Shown here piece by piece: positions 11,884-20,689 of a stretch of 64,000 bases of DNA. The translations under genes were made by a program, and so were the position numbers. This stretch comes from Kiritimatiellia bacterium (GTDB lineage Bacteria; Verrucomicrobiota; Kiritimatiellia; RFP12; UBA1067), in assembly GCA_050949565.1 (NCBI GenBank), contig JBMNFY010000017.1, positions 864,001-928,000 on the forward strand, read 5' to 3'. The number at the start of each line of letters is the position of its first letter. Positions within the stretch are counted from its first letter, which is position 1. The notes under the pieces were generated by a model. That model did no database searches. It saw only the letters and a program-made list of their open reading frames with translations, and was not told where the DNA came from.

Positions 11884-13812
11884 ATGACACTTCGGAAGCT
11901 CAGAAACCCGCTGTTCGCGGTACTCGGTACGGGCCTTTTGTCAGCAACAGCCCAGACGACAACCAACAGTGCGGACGCCGCGCGCGCCCCCGCATCGGAG
12001 ATTGAGGTTGAAGTGATAGCATCACCTATCACGCAGTTTGAAGAGACCACCCTCGACGGCGCGAACCGCGTGGTCGTGGGGCGCGACCAGCTTGATCGCC
12101 TGAGCGCCACCGACCTGCCGACTGCCCTGCGCCAAGTGCCCGGTGTCTCGATCTCGCGCTACAGCCCGGTCGGCGCCTATGGTGGCGCACAGGGCGGATC
12201 GGTCTACATCCGCGGAGCGGGCACGGCCCGGCCCGGCGGCGAGGTCCGGATCTATAGCGACGGCGTACCGCGTGAATCCGGCGTCTGGTCGCATCCGTTG
12301 ATGGATATCGTACCCATTGATTTCGCCGAACGCATCACCGTCGCCAAAAACCCGCAGCCGCAGCATTACGCCGGTACCTTCGGCGCGGTGGATGTCGAGA
12401 CCCGCAGGCGGCAGACCGAGGGGCACGAAGCCGAATTGTCCGCCGCTTACGGCCGTTTCAACACGCTGATCAGTTCTGCCGCAGCCGGTGGCAAGATCGA
12501 CCTGTTCGATTATTACGCCGGGGCCGCCTACAAATACTCGGAGGGCGCGCGCAAACATGGCGAGGCCGAACTGCGTAGCGCCTTTGCGCGGGCCGGATGG
12601 GATCTCTCCCCACATGACCATCTCTCGTACATCTTCCTGGGCACCGACAACTGGGTGCGTGATCCCGGCCCGAAAGGCGGTCCGAGGCCGCAACGCGACC
12701 AGTTCAACACCGAGACCCTGACCCACGCGGTTCGCCTCGAAACCCAACGCGACCGCATCCGCGGATACTCCTTGCTTTACTACGAGGACGGCGAAATCCG
12801 CTGGCGCAAGGACCATCTGTCCGACGGCGTCCTGACCTCACCGGCCGGCTTTTCCAACACCGACTGGGACAACTACGGATTCCGTTCGTCGTATGACATT
12901 CTGTTCGACCGCCTCACGCTCACCGGATCGCTGGACTCATGGTCCGAAGGCGGCGAGACCTGGAACATCCGTTCATTCGACAACCGGCGGGTCTGGGGCT
13001 ATAACGGACGTTTCTTCACCACGGCCCCCTACCTCGGTGCACGTTATGATTTTGACGTAGGCCACGACTGGACCCTCACGCCTTCGGTCGGCGCACGCCA
13101 CTACATCAGCACTGAGTTCGACGACAAAACCGCGCCCTGCGCCGCATTGACCCTCTCCCGCGAAAAGTTGAACATCTTTGTCTCCCACGCACGAGGCGTC
13201 CACTACCCCGGCGTTTACATCCGCGGTGTCTCACCCTCCACCTGGCGCACGCTGGAACCCGAAACGCTACACACCACCGAAGCGGGCGTCCAAATGGGAA
13301 TCGGTGAGCAGGCGGCGTTGCACACCACGTTGTTCCATACCGAGGTCGAAGACCGCATGGACTCAACCTCGGCCGGTTACTTCAACACCGGGGACATGAA
13401 GGCACAGGGAGCGGAAGTTTCGCTGCATCTCTATCCGCGCAATGACCTCTCATTTTTCGTGGGCGGCACCTACACCGATCCTGACACCCATCCGGTCTCG
13501 CGCATGCCGGAAGTCACCTTCACGGCGGGTAGCTCCTACCGCATCACGCACGCGCTCCGCTGGGATTTGGATGCCCAATACGTTACCACGCAGTACGCCT
13601 ACAGCATGCGCTCGATCAACCCTGACCTGGAAAAGCTCGATGACTATCTGGCCGTCAACACGCGCCTCTCGCTGGACCTGCGTGCGCTTTGCCCGCTGGA
13701 CGGCGAATTGTATGTGGCTGTCGAGAATCTGACCAACCGGCATTATGAATATTTTCCGGGCTACCCGATGCCGGGCATCATGTGGTACACTGGCATGAAG
13801 GTGAAGTTCTGA
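11884..13812 (+). CDS. TonB-dependent receptor
   Basis: Signal peptide, TonB-box-like EVEVIAS, plug motif LRQVPGV..IRG, C-terminal VENLTN..Y....GYPMPG...GMKVKF. Confidence 0.92.
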   Translation: MTLRKLRNPLFAVLGTGLLSATAQTTTNSADAARAPASEIEVEVIASPITQFEETTLDGANRVVVGRDQLDRLSATDLPTALRQVPGVSISRYSPVGAYGGAQGGSVYIRGAGTARPGGEVRIYSDGVPRESGVWSHPLMDIVPIDFAERITVAKNPQPQHYAGTFGAVDVETRRRQTEGHEAELSAAYGRFNTLISSAAAGGKIDLFDYYAGAAYKYSEGARKHGEAELRSAFARAGWDLSPHDHLSYIFLGTDNWVRDPGPKGGPRPQRDQFNTETLTHAVRLETQRDRIRGYSLLYYEDGEIRWRKDHLSDGVLTSPAGFSNTDWDNYGFRSSYDILFDRLTLTGSLDSWSEGGETWNIRSFDNRRVWGYNGRFFTTAPYLGARYDFDVGHDWTLTPSVGARHYISTEFDDKTAPCAALTLSREKLNIFVSHARGVHYPGVYIRGVSPSTWRTLEPETLHTTEAGVQMGIGEQAALHTTLFHTEVEDRMDSTSAGYFNTGDMKAQGAEVSLHLYPRNDLSFFVGGTYTDPDTHPVSRMPEVTFTAGSSYRITHALRWDLDAQYVTTQYAYSMRSINPDLEKLDDYLAVNTRLSLDLRALCPLDGELYVAVENLTNRHYEYFPGYPMPGIMWYTGMKVKF

Positions 13813-13880
13813 TGCGGGCGGAGCCCGCAACCCAGTTTAATCTCACACAAAGGCACAAAGGACACAAAGTTTTTTCACAA

Positions 13881-13981
13881 GAGGCTCTTACAAAACCCCT
13901 TGATTGCAGGTGTGGCACGGGCATCTTGCCCGTGTTTCATGGGCGAGACGCCCATGTCACGAGGGATTTTGCAAGCGCCTC
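13881..13981. mobile_element. ~100-bp MITE (TIR GAGGCwCTTrCAAAA) containing a REP doublet; 4-bp TSD ACAA
   Basis: acaa|GAGGCTCTTACAAAA...TTTTGCAAGCGCCTC|acaa; nested in an ACACAAAGGCACAAAG...GTGCCTTCGTGTGAG repeat. Confidence 0.75.
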
Positions 13982-14074
13982 ACAAATCCTATTCCCTTAG
14001 TGGCCTTCGTGCCTTCGTGTGAGGAACAATTTGCTCAATTTCGATGGAAGCTGGAGCCTGAGACCAGAAACCAC

Positions 14075-14623
14075 ATGATTCGGCCTAGAGAATATGCCTT
14101 TTGCGGCCTGTTCGGTGCGGCGGCGCTGTTGCTACCGACGCTTTTCCATCTGCTACATCTGGGGCATGTCTTCATGCCGATGTATCTGCCGCTGGTGGCG
14201 CTGGCTTTTTTTGTGCGCCCCGCTGCATCCGCGTTGACAGCTCTGCTGGTACCGTTGCTCTCCGGCGCGGTCACCGGCATGCCGCCCTTCATGCCGCCGG
14301 TCGCCCCGGTGATGGCGCTGGAACTGGCACTGATGGCGCTGATGATCGGCGTGTTGCGCCAAGCGGTGCCGCGCATGCCGGTCTGGTGTCTGCTCGCGCT
14401 CGCGTTGGCTGTCGGACGGATTGTGAACGCATCCCTGTTCTATGTCGCCGCGCGCATCTTGGAGTTGCCAGCCGGTTTCGTGGCCGGCATCTCGCTGCTC
14501 AGCGGCTGGCCGGGTCTGCTGCTAATGTTGGCGGTCATCCCCGGCCTCGTGCATGCCACCGGTCACGCGCAGTACCATATCCATGACCCCGGAGCCTCCC
14601 ATGACGAATCCCCTGTGTCCTGA
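14075..14623 (+). CDS. ECF transporter S component
   Basis: Highly hydrophobic; FHLLHLGHVFMPMYLP and TGMPP motifs typical of an ECF S family; upstream of T and A components. Confidence 0.8.
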   Translation: MIRPREYAFCGLFGAAALLLPTLFHLLHLGHVFMPMYLPLVALAFFVRPAASALTALLVPLLSGAVTGMPPFMPPVAPVMALELALMALMIGVLRQAVPRMPVWCLLALALAVGRIVNASLFYVAARILELPAGFVAGISLLSGWPGLLLMLAVIPGLVHATGHAQYHIHDPGASHDESPVS

Positions 14624-15227
14624 TCCGCGACAACCCTTTTTCGACAGTATCGCCGACGCCTGGGACGGCTGGCACGACCTGCCCGCGCTCAACGCGCAAC
14701 TGGCCGATTTCTTTGAGCACGTCGGCGTGCAACCGGACGAGTCGGTCGTGGATGTCGGCTGCGGCACCGGCAACCTGACGCTCGCCCTGCTCGCGTGGCT
14801 CGGCCCGCAAGGTCGAGTGACCGCGCTCGACATCTCGCCGGCCATGTTGGCGCGCGCCGCGCGCAAGACGACCGACGCGCGCGTGACGTGGCACGAGGCA
14901 CCGGCCGACCGCATACCGCTGCCAAACGGAACATGCGACCGCATCCTCTGCTTTTCCGCCTGGCCTCATTTCGACCGTCTGGACCACGTAGTCGCCGAGT
15001 TCAGCCGCGTGCTGTGTCCCGGCGGTCAGGCCCACATCCTGCATCTGATCTCCAAGGAAGAGGTCAACCGCATTCACAGCGAGGCCCATCCCACCGTCCG
15101 CGCCGACCGCCTGCCGCCGGTTGACGATGTGGCCGATCTCTTCCGCGCGAACAGCTTTACGGTGATCGAGACCGAAGACAACGCATCGCGTTACCTGCTG
15201 AGCGTGCGCAAGGAGCCGAGAGCATGA
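14601..15227 (+). CDS. Class I SAM-dependent methyltransferase
   Basis: VVDVGCGTG, LDISPAML, RVLCPGG motifs; GGAG RBS before ATG 14601. Confidence 0.9.
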   Translation: MTNPLCPDPRQPFFDSIADAWDGWHDLPALNAQLADFFEHVGVQPDESVVDVGCGTGNLTLALLAWLGPQGRVTALDISPAMLARAARKTTDARVTWHEAPADRIPLPNGTCDRILCFSAWPHFDRLDHVVAEFSRVLCPGGQAHILHLISKEEVNRIHSEAHPTVRADRLPPVDDVADLFRANSFTVIETEDNASRYLLSVRKEPRA

Positions 15228-15976
15228 TCGCTTTCAGCGAGGCTTTTGGTGGCGGCAACGGCGCGGCGCGGCGGCTTGCCCCCGCCGTGCGCCTGTTGTG
15301 CGGCGCGTGGGTCTTTGTCTGCTGCGCGGTCGTCCCGCTCGATTCGCCGGCGGGTATCGCGCTCTTTGTTGTCGCGTGGTTGGCCTGGCTGTTCGGTTGC
15401 GCCATGCCGCCGCGACGGCTTGCCCTGTCGCTGGGCTTCGCCATCTGCCTCTTCACGCCACTATTGCTGCTGGCACCTGTTGCGTACTGGAACGGCTCCG
15501 CCGCAACGTGGACCGGGGCGTTGCGGGCACCGCTACGTGTCGGTGTGCGCGGCGTGGCGGGCGTCACGATAGGCGTCGGCGCGCTATCGCTGATCCCGCT
15601 CTCCGAGTTTGCCGACGCGGTGGCGGCCTTGCCCTTGCCGCGCGCCGTAACCAGCCTGCTGGTGCAGATCGTGCATCAGGCCGCGTTGCTGACCGACGAA
15701 ACGCGACGCATGGCCGATGCCCTGCGGGTGCGCGGCGTAGCCTCAGCGCGACTCGCCGTTCGGCTGCGCGTGGTGACAACGTTCCCGGCCAGTTGGTTGA
15801 CGCGGCTGGCGCTGCGTGCCGCGCGCGCAGGCGATGCGATGGAGGTGCGCGGTTTTGACGGCCTGCCGCCGAGTGTGCCGCCCCTGACTTTTTCCCGTTC
15901 CGACTGGCTGGCACTGACCGCTACCACCCTGCTCGCCGTGGGTGCGCTTGTGCTGCGCTGGAGGGGGTTCGCATGA
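15224..15976 (+). CDS. ECF transporter T component (CbiQ/NikQ/EcfT family)
   Basis: TM helices plus ALRVRG and AMEVRGF Arg motifs; ATGA overlaps on both sides. Confidence 0.85.
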   Translation: MIAFSEAFGGGNGAARRLAPAVRLLCGAWVFVCCAVVPLDSPAGIALFVVAWLAWLFGCAMPPRRLALSLGFAICLFTPLLLLAPVAYWNGSAATWTGALRAPLRVGVRGVAGVTIGVGALSLIPLSEFADAVAALPLPRAVTSLLVQIVHQAALLTDETRRMADALRVRGVASARLAVRLRVVTTFPASWLTRLALRAARAGDAMEVRGFDGLPPSVPPLTFSRSDWLALTATTLLAVGALVLRWRGFA

Positions 15977-16677
15977 GCGCGGCACTCGCCATCCATGATC
16001 TGCGTGTCGCCTATCGTGCGGGCGACCCCGAAGTTCTGCGCGGCATCTCCCTGACGCTCGAACCCGGCGAACACTGCGCCCTGCTGGGGCTCAACGGCTC
16101 GGGCAAGACCACGTTGCTGCGTGCGGTCGCGGGGTTGCAGCCCTTCAATGGAACGATCACGGTCTGCGGCATCGCGCTCCAGCGCGAGACGGTGCGCGAC
16201 GTGCGCGACCGGATCGGATTTCTCTTCAGCACGCCCGATGACCAGCTCCTGTTTCCGCAGGTGCTGACCGACGTGTCGTTTGCTCTGGAACGAGCCGGTC
16301 GCCCGCAGGCGGAAGCGCGCGAAGCGGCACTTCAGACGTTAGAGGCGCTGGGAATTGCGGCCTACGCCGAGCGCGCGCCGCACACGCTGTCGCAAGGCCA
16401 ACGCCAGCGGGTGGCGTTGGCGGGAGCACTGGTTGCGCAACCGCCGCTGCTGTTGCTGGACGAACCCACCGCCTCGCTGGATCCGGTCGGACGCGATGAA
16501 CTCGCACAGGTGCTGACGCGTCAACCGGCGGCGCTGCTGCTCGCCACGCACGACCTCGCCTTCGCGCGGCAGGTCGCCCGGCGCTTCATCATGCTTGAAG
16601 ACGGAAAGATCACCGCTGACACCGACGCCCCCGCGCACATCGAAGCGGCCTTCGCGCGGGAACGAAGAGTTTTTTGA
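15973..16677 (+). CDS. ECF transporter ATPase (CbiO/NikO/EcfA family)
   Basis: Walker A GLNGSGKT, PDDQL Q-helix, LSQGQRQR signature, LLLDEPT, THD. Confidence 0.92.
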   Translation: MSAALAIHDLRVAYRAGDPEVLRGISLTLEPGEHCALLGLNGSGKTTLLRAVAGLQPFNGTITVCGIALQRETVRDVRDRIGFLFSTPDDQLLFPQVLTDVSFALERAGRPQAEAREAALQTLEALGIAAYAERAPHTLSQGQRQRVALAGALVAQPPLLLLDEPTASLDPVGRDELAQVLTRQPAALLLATHDLAFARQVARRFIMLEDGKITADTDAPAHIEAAFARERRVF

Positions 16678-16679
16678 TT

Positions 16680-16947
16680 TTAACGTAGAGGTGCAGAGAC
16701 GCAGAATTTTTTGCGGGGGCTGCCGGGACTGCGGGTACTGTGGGCGGCGTTCACGCCGCCGGTCAAGCAGACGCTTGACCCTCCCGGCGCTTCGCGAGCC
16801 TGACGGAAGTATCTGGAGTGCGGCGGCAAGCGGTATTCCGCGCGACGCCGCTTTTTGGGCAGGAGTGCAGCGGAGGGCGGCGCGTAAAAGCGGTGCCGCG
16901 ACCCGCGCACAGCGCGGCTCTCTTACTTCCGCCCTGCCCGCTATTCA
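16680..16947. repeat. Composite intergenic repeat mosaic (REP-like palindromes and short tandem repeats)
   Basis: GGTCAAGCAGACGCTTGACCCTCCC and GGAGTGCGGCGGCAAGCG..CGCCGCTTT modules recur at 18399-18583 and 43088-43230. Confidence 0.8.
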
Positions 16948-17541
16948 CTATTCACTTCTTTTGTCATTTTGAAGTTTTAACTTGCGCATGAAATCCAAAC
17001 TCTCTTCAGTTGATTGACACTCCTTGAAAAGAATGAGCATCGCGCAGTCAACATCTGCCAAGCTATGTTCGACTTTTGCCGCCTGATTAAAGAACGGCAC
17101 GGGGTCTTTCGGCTGAGAGCTAAAGGCTCCCGCCAGCACCTTCATCCCTTTGTATTCTGTTGCTAGGTGGATTGTAGCCTTATACTCCCCTTTTGCCTGC
17201 CCACCCGTAAAAACGAATTTCTCAAAAATCGGCTCCGCCTTGAAATCGTGCAACGCATCGCCAGCCACTAAAGCATATCCATGCTGGCCGTTTCTTTGCC
17301 CCCATACAAGCTCAAATGTCGCATCCTTCAGAGGCGAGAGATGCCCATTGCTCAAGCATTCAAATTTGACGAACTGCCCTTTTTCGATGCGTGCAAGCGC
17401 ATAGACATGGATGACCTTCCGCTTGACCGCTGTTAACGTGGTTCCCGCTGACCTTAACCCCAAAAACGCTCTTACTCCCCGATCTGGACCAGCCATCGTT
17501 GACGCGGCAAAAAAGAGTGCGATAAGTACAAGTGTCTTCAT
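16948..17541 (-). CDS. Hypothetical exported protein (lower GC, cassette-like)
   Basis: Signal peptide MKTLVLIALFFAASTMA; ATGA overlap with upstream ORF. Confidence 0.7.
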   Translation of the reverse strand: MKTLVLIALFFAASTMAGPDRGVRAFLGLRSAGTTLTAVKRKVIHVYALARIEKGQFVKFECLSNGHLSPLKDATFELVWGQRNGQHGYALVAGDALHDFKAEPIFEKFVFTGGQAKGEYKATIHLATEYKGMKVLAGAFSSQPKDPVPFFNQAAKVEHSLADVDCAMLILFKECQSTEESLDFMRKLKLQNDKRSE

Positions 17542-18164
17542 TTTTTCTCCTTGAAGGCACTGGGATCGACTTTGGGGGGCGAAGCTCTTGGGTGCCCCCA
17601 ATTCGGCTCGCCTTTTCTCAAAATGGGGTTGCCGTCCGCGTCTCTTGGCTGAAGAACCGAAAAATCCTGAGGCAACCTGTACTGCCAGTTGAACAGGCCA
17701 TAAACAACCTTGAACGAGAACCCAGCATCTTGGTGTCCAGTAAGAGGAACAAAGTTACCGTTGGAGTCCTTCTTCAAATAAGCCAAATAGCCCGTCCTCC
17801 GTTTTTCTGGAAGGCAAAGCTCTTCATAGAAGGGCGCGGGCAGAATGCCGTTGAACCCTGGACGGCCACCTGGATCTTGGACAAAGGTTATCGAAATCAT
17901 ATTGGTGTTCAAGTCACCTTTGAAACATGAGCGCACGTAACAGTTGGCGGTAAAAACCGAATACTCGCCACCATTGTGTAACCTGACAAATTCAGCAGGA
18001 ATATCGGTCAGTTCAACAATGTTTGAGACGCTCAAGAGAAGGATGTAATCGGACTGCTTCTGAAAGTCGTCGTAGGTCAGTCGCATGTCAACCGGTCTCG
18101 CCTTTAGAGACAGGACTAGCAACACAAAACACATGATCGTTATCTTACACGTCTTCATACTCAT
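17538..18164 (-). CDS. Hypothetical exported protein (lower GC, cassette-like)
   Basis: Signal peptide MKTCKITIMCFVLLVLSLKA; ATG lies 2 nt after an attC-like GTTGGAG. Confidence 0.7.
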   Translation of the reverse strand: MSMKTCKITIMCFVLLVLSLKARPVDMRLTYDDFQKQSDYILLLSVSNIVELTDIPAEFVRLHNGGEYSVFTANCYVRSCFKGDLNTNMISITFVQDPGGRPGFNGILPAPFYEELCLPEKRRTGYLAYLKKDSNGNFVPLTGHQDAGFSFKVVYGLFNWQYRLPQDFSVLQPRDADGNPILRKGEPNWGHPRASPPKVDPSAFKEKK

Positions 18165-18166
18165 TG

Positions 18167-18237
18167 CTCCAACGCACAGCGTTATCGAGTCCGCCTCGCG
18201 AAGGCGGGCAGTCCCGAATGATGTGGTCATGTTAGTT
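18167..18237 (-). mobile_element. attC-like integron recombination site
   Basis: Minus strand AACTAAC...CCGCC-TTCGCGA-GGCGG...GTTGGAG, 71 bp; an upstream ORF remnant stops in the TAAC; a similar element is at 19108-19166. Confidence 0.55.
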
Positions 18238-18344
18238 GCTCGGGCCATATAGGGTCAAGCGTACATTGTGGTCGGAAAGATTTGCCGAAAGGATCTGACC
18301 TAAAACGCGCGGTTACTTGGGGGTTCGGACATTGCACTTCGATG

Positions 18345-18583
18345 TTCGATGTTGGGCGTTCTGCGTTCAGCGTTCGAAGTGGCGGCGAGACCGCCGCCGG
18401 TCAAGCAGACGCTTGACCCTCCCGGCGCTTCGCTAGCCTGACGGAAGGTTCTGGAGTGCGGCGGCAAGCGGTATTCCGCGCGACACCGCTTTTTGAGCAG
18501 GAGTGCAGCAACAGGGCGACGCGCAAAAGCGGTACCACCCTTACATCTTACCTATTACCTCTTACTTCCGCCCTGCCCTCTAT
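18345..18583. repeat. Composite intergenic repeat mosaic, related to 16680-16947
   Basis: Shared ~95-nt block GGTCAAGCAGACGC...CACCGCTTTT and TTACTTCCGCCCTGCCC.CTATTCA end; 7-mer tandem repeats. Confidence 0.8.
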
Positions 18584-19099
18584 TCATCTTGTTGTCACGA
18601 GCGTGTTAAGAATACCGGTATCGCTCAAAGAACTGGTCAGCCACAACGCCGCGAAACCCGTTGTAAATAACAGCCACGTTGTTCCAAACACGAGCAAAAT
18701 GATCGTAGACAGGTTTAGTCCGTACGACAACACCGCCCGCGACGGATTGGCGGGGTCATATCGAACGAGTACGGTTTTGGCCGCCGCAAGCCTATCCGCT
18801 ATTTCTTGATGCATCGATCTCTGGCCACTGCCAGCATAACCAAATGCGATTCGATCACCCGTATGCTGCTTGCCGGCAACCGTATAGTTGTACCGCACGT
18901 CTACCCTGTAAGTTGGTCCCCCTTCCGAGTCGCTTGATTCAGTGACCATACAGGTTTCGATGTGCCCTTTAGTCGTCGGCCATGTCTTCGCCTTGTTGGA
19001 CAGGACCAGGCTGCGTATGCCGTAGCCGAGGATGCCGAACCCAACGACGAAGAACAACGATATGAACAGCGTGAAACCGATTGTAGGCATGACCTTCAT
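18584..19099 (-). CDS. DUF3592 family membrane protein
   Basis: TM - W.TTKG.I...Y...VRYNYTVAG...VLVRYDPANPSRAVL - TM pattern. Confidence 0.85.
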   Translation of the reverse strand: MKVMPTIGFTLFISLFFVVGFGILGYGIRSLVLSNKAKTWPTTKGHIETCMVTESSDSEGGPTYRVDVRYNYTVAGKQHTGDRIAFGYAGSGQRSMHQEIADRLAAAKTVLVRYDPANPSRAVLSYGLNLSTIILLVFGTTWLLFTTGFAALWLTSSLSDTGILNTLVTTR

Positions 19100-19107
19100 C
19101 TTTCTCC

Positions 19108-19166
19108 TGCCAACGTTATAGTGTCATCGAACCCGCCCCGCGAAAGTGGGCAACCTTCAAATGAAG
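19108..19166 (-). mobile_element. Partial attC-like site
   Basis: TCATTTGAAGG.TGCCCAC-TTTCGCG-GGGCGGG-TTCGATGA..GTTGGCA, followed by RBS and ATG of DUF3592. Confidence 0.45.
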
Positions 19167-19342
19167 TCGATACAACTTGCAAGTTGACCAAAGCCAATAA
19201 ACAACCAAAAAAGGCATAAAGGGACGTAGAGCGCGATGCAGGCAACCGTGACCCATTTGTTTGTGATGCAAAAGGGAACAATGCCTGAAATCAACAAAAT
19301 CAGAGTATAAACCGCAATCAGATGTTTTGTTCTGCGTTTCAT
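19157..19342 (-). CDS. Small two-TM hypothetical protein or gene fragment
   Basis: MKRRTKHLIAVYTLILL...; low GC; ends inside the attC-like element. Confidence 0.4.
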   Translation of the reverse strand: MKRRTKHLIAVYTLILLISGIVPFCITNKWVTVACIALYVPLCLFWLFIGFGQLASCIDFI

Positions 19343-19365
19343 TTTTGTTGGCGCACTATTGCATT

Positions 19366-19596
19366 TCATGAGAGGAGGGCGAAAGCCTTAGCAAAGACTT
19401 GATCGGCATCGCAAAGGACGACATCCCCACGATCCATCTCCGCACAACGCCGACACACCTCCTGCTTCCATTTCTCAGGAAGCGAGGGAGAATCAAGCGC
19501 ATCAAGGCTTTCAATCAACTTTTCTGCAACAAATGCTCTCAAAGGCGTCGGCAACTCGAGGGCATCCATGATAACCTGCTCGGCTGTAATGCTCAT
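19366..19596 (-). CDS. Addiction module antitoxin component (TIGR02574-like), no cognate toxin
   Basis: ALELP...RA..AEKLIESLD....W..EV.RR..E...G.V pattern; AAGGAG RBS. Confidence 0.8.
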   Translation of the reverse strand: MSITAEQVIMDALELPTPLRAFVAEKLIESLDALDSPSLPEKWKQEVCRRCAEMDRGDVVLCDADQVFAKAFALLS

Positions 19597-19933
19597 GTAT
19601 TGATCTTGCTCCTTTCCCGAGTTAACTCTGGAAGCAACGTAGCATAGTTGGGAAAGGGGGCGCAATGAAACTTCCAAAAATCTGGCGAAACAGAGCTGTT
19701 TCCCTTTCGTATTTTTGGTGTTTTTCGTGGTTAAAAATCTCCTATTACCAAAAAAAGCGGCGGGCAGACTTGACATCCACCGCACCGCTCTTTTGACCGG
19801 AGTCAGGTACCGGAACAACTCCTTGCCTATAACTTGGAGCGTTAAACGTTTTTTAACTCAGAACGCTGAACGTTGAACTCTGAACTCTGAATTCAAAAAC
19901 TCCTAAATCCTAACTCCTCCCTCCTAACTCGCA

Positions 19934-20602
19934 TCAGGGCTTGCCGTACACTTCAATCTCAGTGTAGTGGTTCATCTCGTTCGAGGTGTTACCCTTGCTG
20001 TAGAAGCGGACGTAACGGCCCTTCACGCCGCTGATGGCGAAAGGACGGCCCTCGTTGGTCTCGATGTACTCTTTCTCTTTGCCCTCGCCCAACTTTGAGG
20101 AGTTGTCGTGGTCGTTGTTGAAGACCGTGACGACGCCGTCAATGAAGTCCGGATCATTGGAAATCTGGCAGATCACGTCACGATAGACGCGCGCTTCGCC
20201 GTGGTAGTGCCATACGCACGCGGCATAGATTTCCTTCTCCTTCTCCAGATCGACCTGCACCCACTGCGTGCCGGGGCCAAGCTCGACATACGTCGCGGCA
20301 TCGTGCTCTTTGTCGCCATCGGTGATGAACGACAACTCGCCGATGATCGGCTCCGGATCGCTCGACGTGACCTTGCAGTCCCGCGAGAGCACCTTGTCAG
20401 CACCTGCCGGAACACTGATCGGGGGCCGCGGCCTGCCGCCGCGAGCCGGCTCGAGGTTCGGCGAGCGGATGTCTTTGGGCGTACCCGTGAACTGCGGTTT
20501 CGGCAGTTCGATCTTCAACTGTACCCTAGCGCCGTCCTGCGCACCCGCCACCACGGCAAGGCCCATCACAACGGCTGCCACTATCATTCCAGTGTGTTTC
20601 AT
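19934..20602 (-). CDS. Exported discoidin (F5/8 type C)-like protein
   Basis: Signal peptide; QWVQVDL, GRYVRFYS, EIEVYG motifs. Confidence 0.8.
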   Translation of the reverse strand: MKHTGMIVAAVVMGLAVVAGAQDGARVQLKIELPKPQFTGTPKDIRSPNLEPARGGRPRPPISVPAGADKVLSRDCKVTSSDPEPIIGELSFITDGDKEHDAATYVELGPGTQWVQVDLEKEKEIYAACVWHYHGEARVYRDVICQISNDPDFIDGVVTVFNNDHDNSSKLGEGKEKEYIETNEGRPFAISGVKGRYVRFYSKGNTSNEMNHYTEIEVYGKP

Positions 20603-20689
20603 ATGTCTTCCTCCTTCTCTCTTCTGTTCATACCCGTCCAACCTGTCGGACCTGATCCGACCCGTCAGACCCTAAAAGCGTTCACTTCA

